Below are positions 10,540 to 17,673 of a stretch of 64,000 nucleotides of DNA, one piece after another. The stretch comes from Candidatus Hydrogenedentota bacterium (GTDB lineage Bacteria > Hydrogenedentota > Hydrogenedentia > Hydrogenedentales > SLHB01). Each line of letters opens with the position of its first letter. The first letter of the stretch is position 1. The stretch lies in the NCBI GenBank assembly GCA_045863335.1, contig BTVY01000003.1, positions 140,020-204,019 of the forward strand. Direction: 5' to 3'. The position numbers and the translations under genes were made by a program. Under the pieces are notes generated by a model. The model did no database searches and was not told where the DNA came from. It saw only the letters and a program-made list of their open reading frames with translations.

Positions 10540-11514
10540 CTATTTGTCCTCCGGCTTCTCGGGCGCAATGAAGGTCAGCGAATCCAGCGTAACCTCGGTA
10601 ATCTTCCCCTCGTGCCATATCTTGAATGTATCGCCTTCGATGGGGAAGGTAATCACCTCGCCCGGCAGTACGCATTGTGTGTCCGTTTCAATGTTCAAGA
10701 GTGTGTCGCGGAAGATGCCAGAAGTCTGCGATGGCCTGATCAGAATCGAGTCGTTCAACCATCCTCGTGGCCAGAAGATTGCATCTTCGCCAATACTCGT
10801 CACGCCTTCCGTCACGTCCGTGTCGGATTCCGTCAAGTACAGCACAAATGGACTGCCCTCGTACGACGGCCGAAAGTAATGTCTTCCATTAGGGGAAAAG
10901 AAGATCGCTCGATGAGGAGTTTCTCTGGTTTCCTTGTCGCGCGGGTCATATTGATAGACGTTGACCCCGGTCTTGAATCCGAGATCTCGGACATACAGGT
11001 TTCCATCGTGCTCCGCCCACGCAAGATCGTAGCCTAGGCAGGTCAGTTTGCGCGCTACTGAATCGTCAATCCGATAGACCCAGATACTCGCGGGCCGGAA
11101 TCCCGGGTAGTCTTCATCGTTTATTCCCAGAATGTAAGCAATTGATTTTCCATCAGGTGCCCACGAAAAATGATATACGTCCGGAATTCTTAGCGTGATT
11201 TCCCCCTTCATATCGACAAGTATGAGCGATCTCTGCCCGCCGATGGCTTCTGTGCATGCGACATAGTCGCACCGAGGAGAAAGCGCTACCTCGATAAGCG
11301 TTTCGGCGGCGGTGTACAGCACCTCCTTGTGTCCATCTTCTGGATCGATAATGCACAGTTCCTTCCGGCTAAGGTCCTTATCGTGCAGGCTATAATAGAC
11401 GCCTCCTGCAACGATGAAGTTACACCTACTTTGTGCCGAGATTCCCGATATCTGCCCAAGCGCCGATGCAGCGATAAGCATTGGTGTCAGGATACGAATC
11501 GTCCTCGCGATCAT
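10540..11514 (-). CDS. Secreted TolB/WD40-like beta-propeller protein
   Basis: AGGAG RBS before MIARTIRIL, signal peptide, ALSP/FSWAPDGKSIAY/FFSPNGRH blades; more AT-rich than neighbours. Confidence 0.75.
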   Translation of the reverse strand: MIARTIRILTPMLIAASALGQISGISAQSRCNFIVAGGVYYSLHDKDLSRKELCIIDPEDGHKEVLYTAAETLIEVALSPRCDYVACTEAIGGQRSLILVDMKGEITLRIPDVYHFSWAPDGKSIAYILGINDEDYPGFRPASIWVYRIDDSVARKLTCLGYDLAWAEHDGNLYVRDLGFKTGVNVYQYDPRDKETRETPHRAIFFSPNGRHYFRPSYEGSPFVLYLTESDTDVTEGVTSIGEDAIFWPRGWLNDSILIRPSQTSGIFRDTLLNIETDTQCVLPGEVITFPIEGDTFKIWHEGKITEVTLDSLTFIAPEKPEDK

Positions 11515-11549
11515 CGTTCGACTCCTATCAGTTGTCCAGCCCATCCGGG

Positions 11550-11582
11550 TGCAATAAATGGGGACAGAAACCATTTATTGCA
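11550..11582. repeat. RAYT-flanking palindrome, left copy
   Basis: TGCAATAAATGG-GGACAGAAA-CCATTTATTGCA: 12-bp perfect arms, 9-nt loop. Confidence 0.9.
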
Positions 11583-11638
11583 ACCCTTTCTTCTTTGATC
11601 CCTCGCGGGTAAATCCGTGCTCCCGTGAGCCTTTTGTA

Positions 11639-11667
11639 ATACTAGCACTTCGGCCCGGAATTAGCAA
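11639..11667 (-). promoter_or_regulatory. Putative sigma70 promoter firing from behind the RAYT stop into the cargo
   Basis: Minus strand TTGCTA-17 nt-TAGTAT with a TG extended -10. Confidence 0.55.
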
Positions 11668-11690
11668 TGGAGTCGCGTGCTGGCTCCCAT

Positions 11691-12392
11691 TCACCGGCGT
11701 TTGCGGCGGACGCGGTCTTTGCTGCCGTGGGGGCGGCCGCGGGGGATGGCGCGTACGCGACGGCCCAGGTAGGTCTCGACCTTGCTGAGGAAGGAGCCGC
11801 TGCCGAGAGGGCGCCCCGTGCGCGTGTGCAGGCGAAGGAGATCCACCTCGGGGCCGGAATCTGCAATAGCGGCAAGCGTGGCCTTCCATCTGGCGGCGGG
11901 GATTTCCTCAAACCACGCGCCGAGGTCCAGCAACCGGGCCGGGTCGCCCCCTTCGCCGCAGTGGGCAGCCGCGCTGGACCACGCGTAGTCCCATGCCGAA
12001 GCAGTCATTGCCGCGCGCACGGGATTAAGTTCCACGTACGCCCTCGCATTGTGCGCGTAGGCCTCATCCATGGGGCACGAGTAAAACCGGCTTTGCCAAA
12101 GGTGGCCCAGGCGTCCGTGGAGCCGGTGGATGTACTGGGCGTACATGAGGTGCGTACGCCCCATGGTGTTCGCCAACGATTCTTCCCGCTCCGGCGTGAC
12201 CACGAGGTGGACGTGATTCGTCATGAGGCAATACGCCGACACTGCCAGGCCATGGCGTTGCGCGCTCTCCCGCAGAAAGGACAAGTAGACGCGCCGGTCG
12301 TCATCGGTGAAAAACACGTCTTGCCGGTAGTTGCCCCGCTGCGTGACATGATGAGCCACTCCGGGGAGAACGATTCGCGCCTGTCGTGCCAT
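11691..12392 (-). CDS. REP-associated tyrosine transposase (RAYT, Y1 HUH, IS200-like fold)
   Basis: MARQARIVLPG..HHVTQRG, YCLMTNHVHL (HUH), LWQSRFYS, YVELNPVRA (catalytic Tyr), WSS, basic C-terminal tail. Confidence 0.92.
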   Translation of the reverse strand: MARQARIVLPGVAHHVTQRGNYRQDVFFTDDDRRVYLSFLRESAQRHGLAVSAYCLMTNHVHLVVTPEREESLANTMGRTHLMYAQYIHRLHGRLGHLWQSRFYSCPMDEAYAHNARAYVELNPVRAAMTASAWDYAWSSAAAHCGEGGDPARLLDLGAWFEEIPAARWKATLAAIADSGPEVDLLRLHTRTGRPLGSGSFLSKVETYLGRRVRAIPRGRPHGSKDRVRRKRR

Positions 12393-12398
12393 GATGAG

Positions 12399-12428
12399 AC
12401 GATAGCACGGGGCGGGGAGGGGATGCAA
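12399..12428 (-). promoter_or_regulatory. Putative RAYT promoter, probably giving a leaderless mRNA; -35 lies inside the palindrome arm
   Basis: Minus strand TTGCAT-18 nt-TATCGT with TG extension. ATG begins 7 nt after the -10 box, with no RBS. Confidence 0.5.
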
Positions 12429-12453
12429 TAAATGGTTACTGTCCCCATTTATT
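12424..12453. repeat. RAYT-flanking palindrome, right copy (inverted relative to left copy, outer arm clipped)
   Basis: TGCAATAAATGGTTACTGTCCCCATTTATT: 29/30 match to the reverse complement of the left copy; last ATT shared with direct-repeat copy 2. Confidence 0.9.
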
Positions 12454-12492
12454 CTTCTCCAACGTCGCCGGCATCTTCCACCGCGCGTAATC
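12451..12492 (+). repeat. 42-bp direct repeat, copy 2
   Basis: Identical to 10168-10209. Confidence 0.97.
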
Positions 12493-12529
12493 CACCTTCA
12501 GCGCGAAAGCTGAAGTGCTCCCCCCTCAA

Positions 12530-12704
12530 GTAGGTCGGGAATGATTCCCGACCAGTGCATGCAGATAACCCGCGTCACAACCCAACGCGCTATCCCTGCG
12601 CCAGGCCGCACGAATGACCGTCCCCCTTCCTCAGAACGCGCGCCGCCCCTCGCCGGAATCGAAACCGCCGCCCTGATTCAGGTCGGGAATCATTCCCGAC
12701 CTAC
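12530..12704. repeat. GTAG-family REP doublet (REPIN)
   Basis: GTAGGTCGGGAATGATTCCCGACC (12530-12553) and its exact reverse complement at 12681-12704. Confidence 0.88.
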
Positions 12705-12838
12705 GGGGGCACGCTACCATCTCCCCGTGAACGTCGCTCGGTATGTCGCTGCCTAGGCTAGTCGTCTGTGACCGGAGCGGCTCAGACAGGGGTGACTTGA
12801 GTAGATTGCTGTCAATGACGCTTGGTTTCAAGAGTCTT

Positions 12839-14974
12839 TTATCGGATTGGTAGCTCATCGGCCCCTTGGGAGCCGTCCACAAGCGAAACCGCAACATGGC
12901 TGTCCCCGTCGAGGGCCGCTGTGGCAAACGCTTCGATATCCTGCAAGGAATTGGCGGGCGAGACGGCTTGCCATTCCTCGATGTTCCACACACCATCATT
13001 GTCTGCATCGCGTTCCCATAAGAAGTACACTTGCGACGACCGGTCGTAATTGTTGCGGTCAATGGTAACTCCAGACAACGCGTTCTCAACCAAATCCCGC
13101 ACGCTCTCCACCGTATCAAAATCCCCGAGCGTCATGTATCCGGCAACGATGCGGACAATGCGCGGGTCGTAGCCACTCAGGTCAATGGATGCTCGTGCAA
13201 GGTTGGCGCGCCAGGCCTCCCAAACCGGTTCGTGAGCGATGGCACTCCGTGCGGTCCAATCGAGATGGCGGGTCTTGAGCACCGTTTCGAGGAGGTATAG
13301 TTCCGCGGCATCTAGAATACCGTTGCCCACGTACACGCGCTCCCCGGAATCGAACACCACTTCGTTCCGGTCGAACGTGGCCGACGTCGCACTCTCGCCC
13401 ACGGCCTGAAGGAAATAGTCGAGATCGCCCACCATATCCAGGTCGGTCAATCCCGGCCTCTCGATAAAATGAGCATAGACTTCCAACGCGCCTTCGATGG
13501 TGGCCGAAGTCTTTTCTGAAAGCCAATTCACATGACCGGGAAAGTTTCCAATCCAATAGTCAAAAGCCCAGTTCGGCGCCGGGGTGGCCGTGAACTCCAC
13601 CTTCGTGCCTTCGCGCAAGAGACCTGATTCTGGCGTGATGGTTCCGTTGCCGACAACGCCGGTCCTGACCTGATGGTACCGCGGTCCCGTGTCCGAGATG
13701 TCGGGGCGAGTCGCGGTGCTTGCGTGGATGCGCTGTATCGCTCTCGAAAGCTCCTCATTGATGTATGGAAACAGTTCCGAGCCTGAACCGTTACCGAATT
13801 CGGTCTGAATTACGCTCTGGATACTTCTCAGTAGTCCCTCCTGCACTCCATAGAGGTCTTGTCGCCACTGGCCTTTTTCAGTGGTTTCATAAGCGTGCAA
13901 TGCTGCGTCAAAACATTGCCGGGCCGCTTCTATGTCCGCCGCATCCTCCCTGGCCGCTGCACGCTGGCACACGGAATGCAGCGTGACATCGATTTGGAGT
14001 CCGCGGCGCATCAGATTGACAAGTTCATCTGAAGCAGCGCTCCCGCCGACCTGCGTTCCATCGATGGCGAGCCGTCGAATAGCGGTCTTGGTTACGAGGT
14101 CGCCGTTCGGAAACGCGTCATCCCTGTGTTTCATCGCGATACGCGCCAGCCGCTCCGGCGGCGCGTCCATCAAGGAAAGGAATGTTTCTTCCGCGACCAG
14201 TCTGCGATTCCCTGTAAGCCCTGTCAACGGATCGACTTTAGTTCCGGACAGCGCGTTCTCGTCACGATACAAACGCTGTTCGGGCACGTTTTCTGTAAGG
14301 AATTGTAGAATCTCGTCGTAACGCTCCTGGCAGACAAATCCAATCCAGGAGACTTTGCGGCGTACCAACCAGCGCACCTCTTGATCGGGATGTGCCACGT
14401 ATTCCTTCAGAATCTCCAGAATTGCGCTTGTACCGTCGCGGGGAGTAACCTCCGGCGCATAAAACGTCGTGGCGTACGCGACTTTTAAGATCGCACCAAT
14501 CTCTTCCGGATCCGATGTGGCGCTCAGTTGCGCCTCCAATGCCTTCAGCAAGACACCTCGGTGTCGTGCGCGATCGTCGGGCGACTCAAAGCGCATGCGT
14601 TTGTTGCACTCCGCCAGCCACAACAGAATCTGCAGCTCACCAGACGGTAGATCCTCTGTCCAATCATCTATGAATCGCTCCTCGAATGCGTTGGCGAGTA
14701 GTTTGTCGTCAAGTGGTTGAGTTCGTTCCTCAGCCCGCAGCAGCAAGGTGTCGAAATACCGATCGAGGTTGGTCTCGGACTCGGTGGCGATAATCAAGAG
14801 TTCCGCGCCCTCGGTTGGGTCTCCATTCATGACACGTTCGATGTTAACCGGCCGGCTGCACGCGGCCATGGCGAGTGAGAGAACAACAAGCGCCAATGGG
14901 GCGCTCCTCCGAGTTGATCGCAGGTTGATCCGCTGCGGGTTCCTGCGCGTGCGGTAGTCCTCAATGCCCTTCAT
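12839..14974 (-). CDS. Lipoprotein with helical N-terminal region, InlB B-repeat-like domain and an acidic DxDxDG-containing C-terminal domain
   Basis: AGGAGGT RBS before ATG 14974, lipobox LAMAAC, GNGTITP..EGTKVEFTATPAPNWAFDYW, DADNDGVWNIEEW. Confidence 0.75.
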   Translation of the reverse strand: MKGIEDYRTRRNPQRINLRSTRRSAPLALVVLSLAMAACSRPVNIERVMNGDPTEGAELLIIATESETNLDRYFDTLLLRAEERTQPLDDKLLANAFEERFIDDWTEDLPSGELQILLWLAECNKRMRFESPDDRARHRGVLLKALEAQLSATSDPEEIGAILKVAYATTFYAPEVTPRDGTSAILEILKEYVAHPDQEVRWLVRRKVSWIGFVCQERYDEILQFLTENVPEQRLYRDENALSGTKVDPLTGLTGNRRLVAEETFLSLMDAPPERLARIAMKHRDDAFPNGDLVTKTAIRRLAIDGTQVGGSAASDELVNLMRRGLQIDVTLHSVCQRAAAREDAADIEAARQCFDAALHAYETTEKGQWRQDLYGVQEGLLRSIQSVIQTEFGNGSGSELFPYINEELSRAIQRIHASTATRPDISDTGPRYHQVRTGVVGNGTITPESGLLREGTKVEFTATPAPNWAFDYWIGNFPGHVNWLSEKTSATIEGALEVYAHFIERPGLTDLDMVGDLDYFLQAVGESATSATFDRNEVVFDSGERVYVGNGILDAAELYLLETVLKTRHLDWTARSAIAHEPVWEAWRANLARASIDLSGYDPRIVRIVAGYMTLGDFDTVESVRDLVENALSGVTIDRNNYDRSSQVYFLWERDADNDGVWNIEEWQAVSPANSLQDIEAFATAALDGDSHVAVSLVDGSQGADELPIR

Positions 14975-15121
14975 CCGATTGACCTCCTTTTGAACGCGTC
15001 TGCAATAGAGGTGCGAAAGATTGTAGAGGCTTGTACCCCGGAATCCGCGCTTGACCGCCCGTGGCTGATTTGGTTGAATGGCCGGATGCCTTGACGCGGA
15101 ATGGTTGGGAAGGAGCGGACT

Positions 15122-17254
15122 GTGGAGCGCGCGATTAAAAATCCCCTGTGGAAACCTTCGAGCATCTTTTTGATTGCTTTGTCCTTGTCGATGGGGTGGG
15201 GGATGCGCGGGAACTTTGGACACGAGTCCGGCGCGTGGATCCCGGGGGCCTTGGCGGCCATGGCCATCGCCATCCTGTCGCAACGGGAGGACTGGCGGCA
15301 GCGCGTTCATTTCTTCGCTCTCTTTGGCGGGTTGGGCCTCGGGTTCGGTGGCTCCATTTCGTACATGTACGCCATCTCCTTCACCATGTCCGGACACCTG
15401 CCGTCCATCTGGTATGGCTACCTCCTCACCTTCTTCGAGGGCGCGCTCTGGTGCGGACTCGGCGGCGCGGGCATGGCCCTGGCCGCGACGGCCAAACGCG
15501 AGCGCTTGACCGGCCTCATCGTCCCCATGTGTTACGTCATCGTCGCGCTGGTGGTTCACAAACTCATTGAAGAACCCGTCGCGCGCCTCCTGAATCCGCC
15601 CGCGGCGGAGGCCATGGACGCGGTCTGGCACCGGCAGAAGAGTCCCCTTTACTGGTTCGACGCGGACTGGTTCTCGGCGCTGATGGCCTTCCTCGGCGTG
15701 TGCGTGTACGACCTCGTGAGCCGCGCGCGGGACAAGGCGTTCCCGCTGTCCGCCGCGATCCTGGTCATGTTCCTCGTGGGCGGCGCGGCGCTCGGCTTCC
15801 TCGTGCAGACGGGCGTCCGGGCTGTGGGCGTGGAAGACGCGATCACCAACGCGCTGAACGTGCCCCTTGGCGATCCCGCTGCCATCAATCCCGAAACGGG
15901 CATCGCGTATGGCGACGAGATCGATGAGCGCACGGAAGCGCCCTACGGGCTGACCAACTTCCTGACGAACTGGCCGCAACCCTTCAGCGACTACCCGCAA
16001 CACGTGGGCTGGGTGCTCGGGCTTCTGATCGGTTGGACCCTCTATTTCCTCATTTTCGGCAAGTGGTATAACGACAGCGGGCTCTTCCTCTACATGTCCC
16101 TCGGTTGGCTAGTGAGTTTCATGCTCTTTCCCGTGCTCGGCACGGCCCTGCTGTACCATATCGGCATGGCCCTGCGCGAAGGCGGATCGGACGTGTACGT
16201 CCCGCTCTTCGGCGGGTTCCGGTTGATGCCGCCGCGCAGCGACGATTGGGCCGGCATCTTCGGCGTGTTCGTCGCCGCGATCCTGTACTGCATGCGCAAG
16301 GGTTGGAAACCGGTTGCCCTCGGCGCGAGCCTGAGCGCCCTCATCGGCGGGATCATGTTCGCCACCATGCAACTTATCCGCAGCCTGCTCGTCGCGCCCG
16401 GCAACCAATTCCTGAACGACGGCACGACACCGCCGGAATGGGCCCACTACCAGAGCGCGAACTGGCACAGCTTCCTCGAACAATCCCAGGGCTTCGGCCA
16501 CGGCATGGCCTTCGCCGTCACCGCGGCCGTGTTGTGGTCCGTCGTGAAGACCCACAAGGACGAGCCGCGCGTGCGACCCTGGACCGAGATCTTCGCGGTC
16601 GCCTTCGTGCTGCTCTTCATGGTCTACGCGAACCTCTACAAAAACGTGGCGCAATGGACCGGCGGAGGCAAACCGCTCGTGCCCGAATCCATGAAGCCGC
16701 CGCTGATCGCGGAACTGTTCACGGGGCCGGAAAACCCCGTCACCTTCAGCGCGCTCACGTGGTTCAACCTCGTCTGGATCGCGGCGGGCGCGGCGCTCAT
16801 CGGACTCATGATCGCCCACCTCCGCGGACGCCGCGTGGAGATCGTGCCGTCCAGTTGGGTGGGGAAGGGGCAGCTCCTCTACGTGCTCGTCCTGTGGGGG
16901 ATGGTGATCGGCAACTTCGAACGCGCCCTGCCCGGCTTCGCCGAAGGACGCCTCATCACCGAGTGGGTCATCTTCATCAACGCGGCCCTCGCCACGTTCC
17001 TCCTGGGTTACCTGCCGCGTCCAACGGCGGAGACCCTCACCATCGAAGAGCCGGAACCTTTCCGCCCGCGCCTCGGCAAGGTCTGGGCCATCGGCCTGCC
17101 GGTTGCCATCGTCCTCATGACGCTCTACACCGGCATCATCCGCGGCGTCTACGGCGACGCCTCCGTCGGCCACCCCGACCTCTCCCACAAACGCTTCGGC
17201 CCTGAAGCCGTCTGGGCCGTGAAGCCGATCCTGAAAGAGGGCAAGCACCGGTAG
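15122..17254 (+). CDS. Uncharacterised polytopic membrane protein
   Basis: AAGGAG RBS before GTG 15122, many hydrophobic segments, strong host codon bias. Confidence 0.85.
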   Translation: MERAIKNPLWKPSSIFLIALSLSMGWGMRGNFGHESGAWIPGALAAMAIAILSQREDWRQRVHFFALFGGLGLGFGGSISYMYAISFTMSGHLPSIWYGYLLTFFEGALWCGLGGAGMALAATAKRERLTGLIVPMCYVIVALVVHKLIEEPVARLLNPPAAEAMDAVWHRQKSPLYWFDADWFSALMAFLGVCVYDLVSRARDKAFPLSAAILVMFLVGGAALGFLVQTGVRAVGVEDAITNALNVPLGDPAAINPETGIAYGDEIDERTEAPYGLTNFLTNWPQPFSDYPQHVGWVLGLLIGWTLYFLIFGKWYNDSGLFLYMSLGWLVSFMLFPVLGTALLYHIGMALREGGSDVYVPLFGGFRLMPPRSDDWAGIFGVFVAAILYCMRKGWKPVALGASLSALIGGIMFATMQLIRSLLVAPGNQFLNDGTTPPEWAHYQSANWHSFLEQSQGFGHGMAFAVTAAVLWSVVKTHKDEPRVRPWTEIFAVAFVLLFMVYANLYKNVAQWTGGGKPLVPESMKPPLIAELFTGPENPVTFSALTWFNLVWIAAGAALIGLMIAHLRGRRVEIVPSSWVGKGQLLYVLVLWGMVIGNFERALPGFAEGRLITEWVIFINAALATFLLGYLPRPTAETLTIEEPEPFRPRLGKVWAIGLPVAIVLMTLYTGIIRGVYGDASVGHPDLSHKRFGPEAVWAVKPILKEGKHR

Positions 17255-17488
17255 GGCATGAGTCGGTCGAGCTAGAACTTTGTCTCGCTCCGCAAACGCA
17301 GGGAACGTTCAGAAGTGGCGGACGACCCCGATGCACCCTGGTGATAGGGTGTCCTCTCACCGAGTTCACGATCTGCGCGATTGCATCCTTATCAATGATC
17401 AGTAATTGCAATGCGTGTTCGACTTCATGAAAAGGGGGGTGAGGTGTTTCGTGGAAGTGCGGTGCGATAAATTCGATAATTTACGGGT

Positions 17489-17536
17489 ATTCTAAGATAT
17501 CTTAGAATTGACTTTTCGGGTGTCTTGACGTAATCT
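17489..17536 (+). promoter_or_regulatory. Sigma70 promoter with an abutting 20-bp palindromic operator
   Basis: ATTCTAAGATATCTTAGAAT (17489-17508), then TTGACT-17 nt-TAATCT. Confidence 0.6.
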
Positions 17537-17673
17537 GAACTTGGTGTGGCTGGGCATATCTTGGGACCGTTTTCTGGGACAGCATCTTTGAACTGAACTC
17601 GGTGCAGAGCATCGCTGTGTCTCGCCATCGAGGGTTGGCGCTGCGCCCACCGCGCAGGGAAGGGAGTTTATGT

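Larger units (their letters stand above)
10210..12450 (-). mobile_element. RAYT-associated insertion carrying cargo, bounded by the 42-bp duplication
   Basis: Exact flanking direct repeat, RAYT gene, two inverted palindromes, cargo of visibly lower GC, and a gene truncated at the left junction. Confidence 0.75.

Noticed and set aside
11691-12392. IS200/IS605 element with TnpB
   Set aside because: No tnpB, and the length and NPVRA/WSS motifs fit RAYT rather than IS200 TnpA.
10168-12492. DGR template/variable repeat pair, or phage attL/attR
   Set aside because: The copies are identical with no adenine-specific changes, and there is no reverse transcriptase or tyrosine/serine integrase; the only enzyme is an HUH RAYT.
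14975-16003. N-terminal extension of the 1054-aa ORF 12839..16003
   Set aside because: It is antisense to the membrane-protein gene; a strong RBS and lipobox support the start at 14974.
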